64,000 nucleotides of DNA from the human T2T-CHM13v2.0 reference genome, Homo sapiens. The notes below the pieces were generated by a model. That model was not told the DNA's origin and made no database searches. It was given only the letters and a program-made list of their open reading frames with translations. The stretch lies in assembly GCF_009914755.1 (NCBI RefSeq), contig NC_060935.1; one strand, 5' to 3'. Of this stretch, positions 13,141-30,057 are shown in pieces (within the stretch, counting starts at the first letter, position 1; each line of letters starts with the position of its first letter). The translations under genes were made by a program, and so were the position numbers.

Positions 13141-13301
13141 CTGCAGATGAAGCCACAAGCTGGTGAGGAGTCTGGCTGAAAGGGCTGGGGAGGGGCAAGC
13201 CCTCTGTGCCTGGGAGTGTTGGGGGATGAGGCAGAGCAGAGCCACAGGGAGGGGACTGGGTCCCTGACAGCTCCAGTTAATCAGGAGGTGGGAGTTACTG
13301 T

Positions 13302-13438
13302 TATTTGCAACAGGGTCTCTGTTGCCCAAGCTGGAGTGCAGTGGCGCAATCATGACTCACTGCAGCCTAGACCTGCTGGGCTCAGGTGATCCTCTCACCT
13401 CAGCCTCCCAAGTAGCTGGGAGTACAGGTGCAAGCCGC
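13302..13438 (-). mobile_element. Alu right-arm fragment, near-copy of the Alu at 11960-12100
   Basis: Shares non-consensus variants with the neighbouring AluJ. Confidence 0.85.
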
Positions 13439-14439
13439 ATGGAATTGGACTTCGTTCTTCCTGGCAGGGGCCCACTCAGCCTCCCCAGTCCATACTCCTG
13501 GAGTGGGCAGGCACATATGGGGCACCAGATGTGGTCTTTGGGGCAAAGCGGGGCCACAGAGCAGGTAGGGGAGGAGAGAAACCAAATCGTCACATCATCT
13601 ATATCTGTCAAGCCAGGGGCAGCCAAACGGCCTCAAGCCTTTTCTAGAACCACTGTTAGGCACCCCTGCCCCCACCACACTTGCCCCAGTTCTGTCACAT
13701 GCCAGCAGAAGACCACAGACAAGGGGCTTCACTATGCTTGCCTCAGTTTCCCCCTTATTCTCACCACTTCTAACCATCTTTGCTGGGCCAAAACCCTTCC
13801 AGCTGAAACTGCAGGGCTCCCCTGCCGTTCTGTTCTCAGGACAGCAGACTGAGAACAGCTGGAGATTTGGAAGGCCTCGCTCTCCATACCCCAGGGACAG
13901 AGCAAAGCTGTGTCCCAGCCCAGCCCAGCCCCCTACCTTCCTCAGGCTTGCAACAGACAAGAAAGAGGGCAGACAAGCTGTGGGAGGGAAGAGGTGCCCC
14001 AGAAGGTGAGGCACCATTCCAAGGACCAGCTGATGGGTCTGCAGGGACAGGAGTCCCTCTTGAAGATGTCAACCTGGAGACACCACAGCAAGGAGCTGCT
14101 ACAGGCAGGCAGGGTGGGAGCTGCTGGTTCTGCAGAGTCCTATTAGGAACACCAGACTGAGGCCAGGAGACTTTGGTGCTGGGGCTGAGAAAGGCCTGTC
14201 CCACTCCGACATTCTAAGCAGGACAGAGCCTACAGGGAGGCGAGCGAGGGGCCTGGGGCAAGACACTTAAGGGGCATCCACTGCCTGGTCATGGAAATAC
14301 CTCCTTAAATGTCACGCCCTAGGCACCTCACTGGACTCACCTGAGCCCTGGCCTTCATTCCAAGATGCTCTGCCCGTATCCTCAAGAACCTTATCTCAGA
14401 AGATTCCTTTTCTTTATGGAGGATAAACAGCAGTGTTCA

Positions 14440-15010
14440 GCATCATTCATTCACTCATTTACCAAATATTTATAAATCACCTACTGTGTGCCAGGCACTT
14501 AGTCTAGGCCCTGGGGGTTACTGCTGTGAACAGGACAGGCAGAGTCACTGCATCATGAAGCTTATATTCTGGGGAGAAGGATAGACATCAACAAGGAAAA
14601 AAATCATGGAGTTGTAGGTAGAGACACTCGGCAAGGTAGAGGGGCATTGTCTGATGTCGGGTGGGCAGGGAAGACTGCTCTGAGGGGGACACACAGGCAG
14701 CGCCCACCTGAAGTGAGAGAGTGAGCCCGTTGAAGTTTTGAGCGAGTCGAGTTCCCAGGCAAGTGTACTCCCAGGGGCCAAGTCCCAGTGGCTGGAAGGA
14801 GTTTCGTGTGCCTGAGGCAGAGGGAGCAGAATGACCGAGGGGGTGCATGGTGAGACCTGAGGTCCAAGAGTTAGGCAGGGACCAGCTCACAAAGGCTTTG
14901 TGGGCTAGGATATGGAATTAGGAGTTTCCTCTTTGGAGTGTGATAGGAGGTCCCTGCAGGGTTGGGGAGTATGGGGGCTGCTGGGAGGCTGTCCAGATGA
15001 GCCCGATAGA
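14440..15010 (-). mobile_element. L2 LINE fragment
   Basis: 'cattcattcactcatttaccaaatatttataaatcacctactgtgtgccaggcac' is the reversed L2 3' end. Confidence 0.75.
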
Positions 15011-16185
15011 GGCTGATGTGGGAATCGCATAGACAAGGGGATGAGACTAGACTTGGGTTCAATCCCAGCTCCAGCATCAGAAGCTGGAAGAGTGGGGGCT
15101 ACTCCTTTGTAAAACGCAGTTGGTGACACCGATCTCCCAGGGTTGTTTCGATAATGAAAAGAAGCAGTAAGTATTCAGCAAATGGTAGCTGCTATTATCC
15201 TCAATTCTCCCCAAGTTCTGCCTTGCAAACAGGAAGGGCTTCTAGGGGAGCCTCTGGCCTGGCCTGAGGGCACCTTGGAGACTGCCCCACTCCAACCAGT
15301 CCGTAGGAATTGGCGAACAGCCCAGGCCTGCAGGGCTCCTATTTTTCAAACTTTTTTTTTTTCTTCACAAAGCCGTAGAAGCAGCCGCCCTGCAGCCTGC
15401 AGGGAAATCAACATCTGCCTGGAGCACCCTTCTGCCAGCCCCGCCCCTGGCCCGAGTGACCAGGGCAAATGGCAGGACTTAAGAACCAGAGATTCTCTGA
15501 ACTGGCAGCAGCCCTGGATGGAGGGGTAGGCATGGGGACCTCATCTGTTCTCCAAGCTGGGAGACAGGTGTCACCATCTGCGTTTTCTAGAGGAGGAGTC
15601 CAGGGCCGAGGATTCCAGGTGTGAGCTTAAGTGCTCATTAGGGGAATAAGGACTGGGGAGGCTGAGTGGGCCCCTGTCAGGAAGAACAAAGCCCAATTCC
15701 ATCTCCTGTACTTTCATCGCCGTTCTGAAAGCATCTGGCAGCGCACCAGCCAAGGAGGAGGTGTGCAGAAAATGCCAACAGCATCTTCATCTGCAGAGGC
15801 CCAGAGCTCTGAGGGAAGGCACTGACAGTGCTTGTCCTGAGCTTACCTCCCATCCCAGGAATGTCCTATCCCTCTAGCTCTTCCCTTGGAAGGTCGATCA
15901 TCTTCCCAGGGGCTCCCCAGACCAAAAAGTCTGCGTTCTGCGAAGCCCGGCGGACTCTGTGCGGGCCTCTGCCCCCCACCAAGCCCAAGGCAGTGCTCCA
16001 GATTAGAACTTGAACCTCACCATCTCGAAGGAGCTAGCACCCTGCCGTGGGGGAGGGCAGGGTAGAGAGGAGTGCGGGGGCGCCTTTTCTGGCCGGCAGG
16101 ACGGGGGCAGCCGGAGAGGTGCAATGCGGGCTCCCCCTCCCCACCCTGCAGCGGGGCCCTGCAGAAGGTACCGGGCGGAACACGC

Positions 16186-16202
16186 GTGCCCTCTAGTGGT
16201 CA
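16186..16202 (-). promoter_or_regulatory. CTCF motif (reverse) in a CpG-rich patch of SCN2B intron 1
   Basis: Reverse complement TGACCACTAGAGGGCAC matches CCASYAGRKGGC; CpG-rich 15930-16290. Confidence 0.75.
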
Positions 16203-16599
16203 CAGAGTCAAACGTCAAGTTCCATCCTGCGGAGCGAGCATGGGATCCGGAGCCACAGCTGGAGCTGAGATCAGAAACCGTAGATCTAGCCCCATTGTTT
16301 TACCGGTGAGGAAAGGCCATGAGAGCCACACACAGAGAATAGGGACAAGCTGAGGCCAGAATCATGGTTCCTAGCCCCTAATCCAATATCTCCACGTAAG
16401 CCTGTGGCCTCACCAGAATCCCAGCAGCTCTAGGGTGCTGGCCTCAGACCTCCCGCCAGTCCGGGCCCTCATTAAAGACGAGGGGACCATGGCTCAACAA
16501 GGTCAGAGCTGTGAGCAAAACTCTGGTCTCTTGATTAACTCTCCTGCTTCGGGAAAGCACCCGAATGCATGGCCAAGGCCACAGAAAGGACTTCATCAC

Positions 16600-16810
16600 A
16601 GCCACAAACCCTTACAAAATGCTTACAACGAGCCAGGCACTGTCTACATACTCTACATACATCACCTCATTTAATACTAACAAAACCTGTTATCGCTCCC
16701 ACATTCCGGATGAGGAAGATGGAGCACAAAGAAGTTAAGAGACGAGCCCAAGTTCACGGCTAGTAAGAGGCGAAGCTAGAATCTGAAGCCAGCCTGCCTG
16801 GCTCCAGACT
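16600..16810. mobile_element. MIR SINE
   Basis: 'gccaggcactgt...atcacctcatttaatac...gatgaggaagatggagcacaaagaagttaag'. Confidence 0.65.
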
Positions 16811-17879
16811 GGGTTGAGGCATTGAAGCTGAGTGGTGAAGTGAGCCCCATTCCAAGGCATCCGATCTCTTGCCGACTATATGGCAGGTCCAACTCCAGGC
16901 AGGCCCGCCAGCAGGGAATTGTACCATTTAAAGGAACCTCCATACAAGGGGGGCCCACAATCTTCCTGGTTGTCCCATTTGAGACCAGGTCTGGGGCCTG
17001 TGTCTCCTGATTTTCAACTCACAGAAGGGAAAAGATCATCAACGGGATGAGGCTTCTGATCTTAGATCCAAAACCTCAGCAGTGGCGGGCCACCCGCTGT
17101 CTCCAAGGCACATCTGGGCCCTCAGGCCTCGTGTCATCCACTGTTCTAACTAGCCCATCTTGCAGAGACTATAAAAATTTGCTCATCTGCCAAATGCTGT
17201 CTCTTGCAGAGACTGGAAGTTAATCTCTTCACTCCTCTTTCCACCCTACAGCAACCTATGAGGTAATTATTTTCTTCTTGGTTTTTTTTTTTTTTTTAAG
17301 TGTCTAAACAGATGAACTGTCTCCCGGGGCAGCCCCTGCCTCCCAGGTGAGTGTGGCATCCAGCCCGTATCTCCGCACCTGCACTGCCTTACCATCCAGA
17401 CCCTTCCTGCTCAAGGGCCTCCCCAACCCCGGCCACTCCAGTCCATCCCCGTGCAGCCAGGAGCAACCCACCCTCATCACTCCTCACCTCCAGACCTCCA
17501 ACGGCTACCCACTGCTTTCAGGATCAAGTCCAGGCTCCTGGGCACAGCTTCCAAGCCCTTTGGCATCTGGGACCAACCTATACCCTAGCCTCATCCCCTG
17601 CCAGCCCCCATCCCCCCAGGTCTCCTTCACTCCAGTGACCCCAGTTCTGATTTTTTCTGAAAACACCACCTTCCTTCCCTTCTCCATGCCTTTGCACGTA
17701 TTTTTGCTTCAGGTTGAGAAGCTCATTTGCCCTCCTGCCCCTGGGCCCCTCCTACTTATTCTTCAGGTCCCAGCTTACAGGGCATTAGCCTCGGTGACTG
17801 TTTCCCCATTGTCCTTGTCCTCACCCCAGCCCTGTTCCTATCTCTTCCACATGACTTGAGGGCAGAATGGCAGGATAGT

Positions 17880-18020
17880 TAACCTCCCAGTGCCTCAGTT
17901 TCCTCATCTGTAATATAGGGGACAATAAGCCCAACTTCATAGGGCTGTCGAAGGATTAAATGACTTACTACCTGTATGAAGCTCAGCACAGTGCCTAGCA
18001 CATGGCCTGGACAAAAGTCA
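17880..18020. mobile_element. MIR SINE
   Basis: 'gcctcagtttcctcatctgtaatatagggg...aggattaaatga'. Confidence 0.75.
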
Positions 18021-18299
18021 GCTGCGACTATGATGAGCATTATTGCTATTATTGTTGCCATACATACAATGTTGTCTTGTTATTATTTGTTCATGGGCCT
18101 GTTTCCCTCTAGAGGCTCCGGGGAACTGACTCCTATTCATCTTGGTATCCCTGGCACCCAGGACAGTGTGTGGCAGAGTGGGGACTCAATAAAGTCTACT
18201 AAAGGAAGAAGAGACAGCTTTCTCTCCATGTCTGGGTCCCCACCACCACAAGCAGCAGATATGTGCAGTGGGCTAGAGTGAGGACTAGACTTCACTTTC

Positions 18300-18627
18300 T
18301 TTCTTTCTTTCTTTCTTTCTTTTTTTAAGAGACAGGGTTTGGTTCTGCTGCCCACGCTGGAGTGCAGAGGCATGATCACGGCTCACTGCAGCCTGGAACT
18401 CTTGATACTCCTTCTTCAGCCTCCTGGAACAGTTAGGACTACAGGTACATGCCACCATGCCTGGCTTATTTTTCTTTTCTTTTTTTTTTTTTTTTTTTTT
18501 TTTTTTTGTAGAGACAGGGTCTTGCTATGTTGTCCAGGCTGGTCTCCAATTCCTGGCCTCAAGCGATCCTCCCACCTCGGCCTCCCAAAGCACTGGGATA
18601 CAGGCGTGAGCCACCATGCTCAGCCCA
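18300..18627 (-). mobile_element. AluJ with target-site duplication
   Basis: Reverse Alu; TSD agac(t/c)cactttct-like on both sides. Confidence 0.9.
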
Positions 18628-20748
18628 GACTCCACTTTCTATGCCTCCACTAACATAATCCATACATTGGTAAGCAGGCCAGTGACTGTGGAGTCAACGG
18701 TCTCAAGAAAAACTTGAGGGAAGCCCAGTCATTTGAATTGTTTCTGGCTAAAACTAGCCTCATATGCTTCTGCCGTGGGTAGAGCTGGTTGCCCACCTGC
18801 CCTTTCTCTTTGCCACCTCCATAGTCATCCCCACAAGCCCAGCCCCGACAGAGTCCCCTCCCTCGTCACTTGTGGCATCCTCCATCCTGGGGATCGATGC
18901 TACTGCAACACCACCAAAGTTCCACTGTCAACTCGGCCCTCAGCATTGGAGTGCCAGGGACATGCCTCATTACAGCACCAATCAAGTTCAAGTTCAAGGT
19001 CCCCATTCCTGCATCCTCTCCCACTCAGCTTTGCAGAAGCTTTAGCTTCCTCCCACTACCATCTCCCCACCCCAAACACTCAGACCTCTTCATCGCAGAC
19101 TCCCTCTTCCTCACCCTAGCCCAGAGCTCTGGGTCCTGGTCACTGAGCCCCCTTTCTATCTTTACTTAGCCATGGCTCTCACCAGGCGGCTTCTCTCCTG
19201 CACGAAGTGCTTCCTAACTCCTGAGGAAAGGGTCCTGTCCTCCAGCTGGGCCTCCTTACAACAGGCCACTCACCCAACTCCCCTTCTTTCAGCCTGTCCT
19301 GAGACTCTGATCAATTAGGTACTGTTAATATAGCAGTGCCATTTCTTGAACATTGGGGAGTGGAATCCAACGTTTAAGAGAATGTGCTGAAGTCAGACAC
19401 AGGGAGTTCAAATTTCAGCTCCCGTTACCATAGTCATCTGTTTCCTCCCTGTAACCTGAGTATAATAGAATCTACCTCCGATTGCTGTGAGGGCTAAACA
19501 AGATACACAGTGCCTGGGCTCACGAAAAGCATTCTTATGTTAGCCATTGTTGAGTTCCTGCCATGCACCAAATCACAAACACGTCAGGCAGTAGGCATTC
19601 TTTAGTTTACCCGGGAGGGAACTGAAGCTCAGAGGGGTTGAGTAACTTGCCTGTGATCATTACGTAAATGACAAAGGTGGCTTGAAACCCAGGTCCTGCC
19701 AGAGATTCCATAGCATTCCTGCTCTGATGTTAATATGCCAAGTAACTCAGCAAAGCAGGCTGGCAGGGCCTCTGCACTGTCTGTGTTTAGCACTCCTACT
19801 CCAAACCCAGCACATCACACCACAGAAAGAGAGAGAGCCTTTGTGGTGGGGAATAGTTCCATCAACAGTCCTTGGACTTGACTCTCAGTTGCTGCTCCAG
19901 CAATAAGTAAGTTTAGGAGCAAGAATGAAACTCTACAAAGCAGGCTTGCAAATAACTTTCTAGCCCACTTCCCCACCAGGAAGTCTCTGAGTGGTCAAAT
20001 ACAAACACTTGACAGGACAGTCTGCAAGACTGGGCTGGGCAGTTCTGAGGCTGGATTTAAAGGGCTGCAACCTCGCTCAGCCTGTGGGTTCCATTTTTTT
20101 CCTGAATCTCTACACCTGGCCCTTCCTCCATTCCATCCGGCCCAAGCCAAAGGTGCCTTCTCCATCAGTGCGTGCCTCAGCAGGTCTCCTCCCAACCCAG
20201 ACATCATTCCCCAAGCCCGCTTCCCACCTACTCCCACACACGTTCCAACAGATCAGTGAGACCGAGTGCCAAGAAGCCAGACCCAGACTCAACTTTCTGC
20301 CACCAGCTCCCCTGCACACTCTCCTAATACCCTAAATCCACCAGGATCAAGCTTCTGAAAAGAAGCCCCTTAAGGGAGCATTAAGTCCCAGGACCCCGCA
20401 TTTGCAGCAACTCCAAAAAATAATCCCTGAAGAGACTGCAGGTCAATCCACTCTCTGCCCCACCGCCACGTAGGTCCACTTAGGGGAAATCCAGAGAAGA
20501 TTCACCTCCCTTGACAATTGTCAGCCCCCAGCAACACTCAGATCCCCTGACCCAACATTTCTGTGACTAAGTAGTCCCAGGGTTCTGCACTCCCCAGCAA
20601 CGTCCCTTCCAGTCCCCAGCACCTCCCCTCCCAAGGACACAGAGGGAAAGCGCTAGCAATGTCTTCTTTCCTATCCCCTGCCCCCATCCTCTTCACATTG
20701 CGGCTACACTTCTGAACCCTCGGGAGCATGCAGATGTGTCTAACTTAC

Positions 20749-20818
20749 CCAAAGAGAAAAAGAGACTGAGCCCCGTGAGGCTGAAGGCAGGGCGAGGTAG
20801 CCAGGCATCTCTGTGCAT
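20749..20818 (-). CDS. SCN2B: SCN2B exon 1 coding part: signal peptide of the Nav beta-2 subunit
   Basis: ATG 20818; MHRDAWLPRPAFSLTGLSLFFSL+G|gtaagt; the four exons total 648 nt = 215 aa + stop. Confidence 0.99.
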
Positions 20819-21120
20819 TTTCAGAGACTGAGATGTTAGTCGGGTGGGCTACGGGAGAGGGTGATTTGAGGGGGCGAGAACTACAAGGGAGGAATGGTTG
20901 GATGCTAAAAAAAAATGCACGGATGTACTTCAAAGACATATACAACATTAAGGAAGCTTTATTTCCATCTCTCTAATATGGCCGGCTTGTATGTTGCTGC
21001 TAAAAAGAGAGAGAGAGGGAGTGTGTAAAGGAGAGAGAGAGAGATGGGGGGGAGAGAAAAGGGGGATGGGGTAAATATTGTGGTTGGTGGATTTCAAAAA
21101 GCAGGTGGGAGGGCATAAAA
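20819..21120 (-). promoter_or_regulatory. SCN2B: SCN2B 5'UTR and core promoter: upstream ATGs, YY1-like AATATGGCC (20975-20983), GA-rich tract
   Basis: Unique sequence directly upstream of the ATG; TSS position inferred (~21030). Confidence 0.6.
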
Positions 21121-21298
21121 AAGTCATTTTGAAAAGAACAAAATCCCAGAAATTTTTACCCTCTAAAACAAGAAATAATACAAACCCTGCTTTTTGACTT
21201 CACTGGGATGATTGTTGGATTTTGAAAGCTATTAGAGGAATCCATTTATTTTAAAGATTCTGGAAAGGGAAACACCTTTTATCATTTAAAAACACCCC

Positions 21299-21533
21299 CA
21301 GGCTGACGCAGTGGCTCACACCTGTAATTCCAGCACTTTGGGAGGCCGGATGGATTGCTTGAGTCCAGGAGTTCAAGACCAGCCTGGGCAACATGGCAAA
21401 ACCCATCTCTACTAAAAATACAAAATTTAGCCAGGCATAATGTCGCATGCCTCTTGTCCCAGCTACTGCACCGCACTCCAGCCTGGGCCCTGCCTCCAGA
21501 GGGAAAAAAAAAAAAAAAACCTAAAAAAAAAAA
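21299..21533 (+). mobile_element. Alu with a right-arm deletion
   Basis: Forward Alu; jumps from 'ccagctact' to 'gcactccagcctggg'. Confidence 0.85.
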
Positions 21534-21880
21534 GGAGATGCTTGTTTTTGTGTTATTGAAAAGGGTTCAGGAAAGTGAGTTGGAGAGACTTTCAAGGGGT
21601 AATGCTTTCCTCATTCTAGCGTTTCCTCTGAAAACAGAACATGTTGAAGCAGGCTGATAGAAAAATACCCAAGAGATCTTACAATTGAATGTAACACAGG
21701 CCTTTGGATAAACCTGATTCAAACAAATCAACAGGAAAGAAAAGTTTTTGAGACAATTGGGAAAAGTTAAATATGAACTACATAGTAGATTGTATTAATG
21801 AATCATTCTTAATTTTGTTGGGTCTGATAAAATGTGGTTTTGTCCTTTAACATCTCTATCTGTTAAAGACACACATGGGT

Positions 21881-22168
21881 GGCCGGGCGGGGTGGCTCAC
21901 ACCTGTAATCCCAGCACTTTGGGAGGCCGAGGCAGGCAGATCACCTGAGGTCAGGAGTTCGAGACCAGCCTCCCTAACATGGTGAAACCCTGTCTCTACT
22001 AAAAATACAAAAGTTAGCCGGGTGTGGTGGCGTGTGCCTGTAATCCCAGCTACTTGGGGGGACTGAGGCAGGAGAATTGCTTGAACCTGGGAGGCGGAGG
22101 TTGCAGTGAGTCGAGATCACTCCGCTACATCCCAGCCTGGGCCACAGAGTGAGACTCCATCTCAAAAA
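21881..22168 (+). mobile_element. AluS
   Basis: Full forward consensus. Confidence 0.95.
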
Positions 22169-22394
22169 TACATATATATATATTCAACGAAAAAAAGAGA
22201 TGGGAGAATAGGTGACACGAGACTAGTTGTTTTGCTTGATAATTGAAACTAGCTGGTGATGGGTGTAAAGGGTTTGTCATATAGTTCTCTCTTCTTTTGT
22301 GTATGTTTAAAACTTTTCTTTTGAAGAAGGAAGAAAAAATAAGCTAACGTCATAAGTAGGAGAACTTGGTGGGTGGAGTCCAAGGTGGTCCTAA

Positions 22395-24114
<1,720 letters not shown>

Positions 24115-25684
24115 TATTCTTTTTCTAGTGGCAAATGAGGAAACAGAGGTTCATGGGGCTCAACCCACCCAAGTTTACATATGAGAGTTTAAGGGCAGAG
24201 TCAGGATTCAAACCAAGGTCTTCGTGAAACTCTGGGTGTCTCCAGCATTCCACATTGCTTAGCACCAAGGGAAGGATAAATGGAGCTACCTCCAGGTTGT
24301 CTAGAAAGGCACAGGGAAGAGAAGACCAACAAGACACATGAAGCAATTAGCCCCTGCAGGTGACATAAAAGCAAGGGCTAAGAGGCAGGCTATGGAGAAA
24401 CAGTGAGAATCCAGCACAGTGCCTGGCTCAGGGCAGAAACTTCGTCAGCAGACGGTGAATGACTGTACAGGGGCACACCTGAGTGAATTAATGAATCTGG
24501 AGAGCTAAGGGAGGAAAGTAGACACTGCGGAGGAAATGAAATCCTTCCAAGGCCTCTCAAGCTGTTCTGGGCTGGGGAGGAGCAAGGGGGCCAGGGATTT
24601 GAGGCAGAGTTGCCAGAAGGCAGAAGGGTGGGTAGTCTAAGAGCCCTTTGTGGTTGTCCCTGCCCAGATCACACACAGATTCTGTCCCCAAGTGCCTCTG
24701 TCCCATCCCTAGGGTCTGGCTCTGGCTGGCCCATTCACAAAACACAGGGCCCACAGGGCAGAATTGCAGGGAAGGAGAGGTGGGGCAGCCTGGAAGAAAA
24801 GTCTCCTTCAGTGGCCATGCCTGGCCCCATCCCCAGTGCCCTCCGGCCCTGAGGTCTACCCCGCTGTCAGCAGCTCACAGCTGTGCCCGGAGGGGTGGAC
24901 TGGCACAAGCCGGGCCTCAGCTCCCGCTTAGGCGTGCACTGCCAAGTCCCACTCTGCAGCACAGCCATCCATGCTGCCGCAGACACATGTCAGCTCTGCC
25001 CCGTTGCCAGAGATTTTTGGTTTGACGTAGCCGGCCTCCTCTTTTTTTCTTAATGCAGCAGAGGGTGCCCGTGAGGCCCAGAAACTGAAGGAAGCTGCTT
25101 GCCTGTCTCACTTGGTCTCACATTAGGTCCAGAAGCTCCTATTTTGGGGGCATCTGAGGCAAGAAGTGGATCCAGAAGATCTGTTTCTATCCAGAATTCA
25201 GCAAAGAGAAACTACGTATCCAGACTTAGAACAGTCTTCATCCAACTCAGCCCCCCAGGACCAAGGGTCAGGAGGAGCTAGATCAAGGGTGAGGGGCAGT
25301 AGCAGGCAGAGCCAAGGCAAGAGAGGGGGAGAGCTACCCCGGAACTTCCCCACAACCCACTTGGGCCTCCAGACACCCATCTGCTCCGAAAGAGTAAGCC
25401 TTCCCCAGGAGCCAGTGAAAGTCTGGGAAGCAGCAGCTCTAAGAGGTGTTTTGCCGAATGAAGACACCAGTGTCAAAGATGTGCTTTTTTAGGAGTGAAG
25501 CCCTGTGGTTTTGGCATTTGTGCCCAGGGTTATTTATCAGTGAAGGTTTTATTAGACAGCTCTCAATTACCTACCCTGCTGGGAGAAGCAGTGTTACAGA
25601 TAATTCAAAGGAAGGTAGTTTCCTTTTACCTTTGGAATGCCTCGTTGAGGCTATAGAGAGCCTCCCTAGTTATTTACCTTACAG

Positions 25685-26173
25685 CCTCACTTTTCAAAGT
25701 GTGGTCCCCAGGCCAGCATCATGGGTGTCACCTGGGAGTCTGTGAGAAAGGCAGTGCTACAGGCCCCACCCCAGTCCCAAGGAATCCAAATCTGCATTTT
25801 TTTTTTTTTCTTTTTGGTTTTTGTTTGAGACGGAGTCTCACTCTGTCGCCCAGGCTGGAGCACAGTGGCGCAATCTTGGCTCACTGCAAGCTCCGGCTTC
25901 TGGGTTCATGCCATTCTCTTGCCTCAGCCTCCTGGGTAGCTGGGACTACAGGCGCCCACCACCACACCCGGCTAATTTTTTTGTATTTTTAGTAGAGACG
26001 GGGTTTCACCATGTTACCAGGATGGTCTCGATCTCCTGACCTTGTGATCCACCCGCCTCGGCCTCCCAAAGTGCTGGGATTACAGGTGTGAGCCACTATG
26101 CCTGGCCCGAATCTGCATTTTTAACAAGATCTCCAGGTGATTCTTGAGCATATTAAAGCTTGAGAAGCACTGC
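25685..26173. mobile_element. MER5A-like DNA transposon split by an AluY
   Basis: 'ttcaaagtgtggtcccca...atctgcattttaacaagatctccaggtgattc...aagcttgagaagcactg'. Confidence 0.75.
25797..26107 (-). mobile_element. AluY-like element
   Basis: AluY diagnostics (gcaagctcc, gccattctc, aggatggtctcgatc); TSD aatctgcatttt. Confidence 0.9.
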
Positions 26174-27162
26174 CTTCAGCCAATATCAAAAGGTTTGCAT
26201 ACCCTGAGCAAGGGGCCATTAGAAGCCAGGTTTGGGGGTTCAGGGAGAGGGGAGTAGGAAGCAGGAACAAACCTCGGATGAAATGCTGGCCTCTGGTGAT
26301 CTGCAGAGCACATAGCAGTCTGTTCATGAGCTGCGAGGTAGGGATGCCTCTCTTCTCTGCCCCACACGCTTCTGAAGCCCTTCCTTACCAGGCAAGGTTT
26401 CTCTAACCCCGCATGCAGCTTCACATCTCTGTCTTTGCCTTCGCCGTTTTCCCTGTAGGAATGCCCTTTGTCTCTTGCCTGCTCATCAAGCTCATGGTCT
26501 TTCTTCAAAAATGTGCTCCAAAGTCACCTACTTCTGCTCTAAATACCTCTTCTCTCTGCTCCTGTGACCCTGGGTACATTCACTCATTTATCAATCAGAT
26601 CTCTCATAGAACAAACTCAAATATCTATGGAACAGCCCCTATGTGCTAGACAGTCAGCTAGGAGCTAGAGACCAAGAAATGAATGAGATACAGCTCACCC
26701 TTGGAGAGCTCACATTCTAGAGAGGGAGATAAATGCATACACTCACAATACAGCACGGTGAGTGCAGTCCCATCTACTGGAGACATAGGAACCCAGGGAC
26801 ACCTTATATTGAACTAACAGGAGTCAACGAGTATTTTTATTGGTTACTTACCCATCTGACCTCCCCAGCTAGACTGTAGTTCTTTAAGTACTGAGATTGC
26901 GTCTTATTCTTCTGAGCATGCACTGGGCCTCTACTGGTCCTTGAGCAGATGAAAATGAGTGAATATCTACTTTGCATCTGGAGAAGGGGCAGAAATTCCA
27001 TCAGCCTGACTTCCCCAGTCAAGATGTGGTAGAATTGGGAATGGGAGCCAGGTCCAGCCGCAATCTGTGCATGCTGTTCCCCTCCACTCCCTAGGAATTT
27101 TACTCGACAAGGGATTGTCCCCCTTGGGGTCAAATGCTACAAGGGTCACAGAAAAGACCTAA

Positions 27163-27474
<312 letters not shown>

Positions 27475-27734
27475 TGAGATCTCTAAGAGAAAATAAAGTA
27501 TCACACCCATGAAACAATTAGAAGACAAGGAAAGACAAAAGTAGATCAAGTGCAGAGACATCTAGGAAGAGGTGAGAAGCAGGAGATCACCCAGGCGGGT
27601 GATCTAAAGCAGGGCATTGAAGGAATGTTGATGTGGGGAGGCAAGAAGGAAAGGAAAGTGTCATCCCAGGCAAGAGTACACCAATAGCAGGAAAGACAAC
27701 AATGCATGGAGCAGAGGGTTCCTGTTGTGAAAAA

Positions 27735-28812
<1,078 letters not shown>

Positions 28813-28820
28813 AACATTAA

Positions 28821-29140
<320 letters not shown>

Positions 29141-29671
29141 TAATGAAGTATAGATGGGCAGACAAGATGGCACCAGCACACAGAAGGCCATGAACATACA
29201 AGACAGAGTTCACACAGCTTTGAAAGATCTCAGACAGGTAAATCACTATGGCTTGCACCATCTACGAAATGAGAAAGTTCTCAGCTTTCTGAGAAAACTT
29301 TAAGTTCCCTTATTTTTTGAAGAAGAGATGTTCTGGTAGTTGGGTTTTACAGAAGTGGTCACGGATTGCCTGACCTCCCTAGACCACATCTGCAAACTAG
29401 CTGGCCAGGACAGAAGGTCAGTGGTCCTGGGAAACTTTGTTTATGCTGAATTAAGAGGATAACTGCAACCTAGGGCTCTGCAGCTCTAAATAACTGAGCT
29501 AACTCAGTGGCTCCCTCCAACCACACACAAACAGAGCTAGTGTTTTATGAAGGAAAATGGCCAATTACCAACAGACAGGTGAGCATACCGACTAGTCAAA
29601 AGGGAGAAAAGGACACTGGTTGGGGGCAACCAGGAAGAGACAACTAAAGGGCTGGTAGAAGGCTGCAGCCT

Positions 29672-30057
<386 letters not shown>

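Noticed and set aside
20958-20980. CArG-like CCATATTAGA and an AATAAA in the SCN2B 5'UTR
   Set aside because: The CArG misses the terminal G; the AATAAA is too close to the TSS and upstream of a U1 site to be a credible polyA signal
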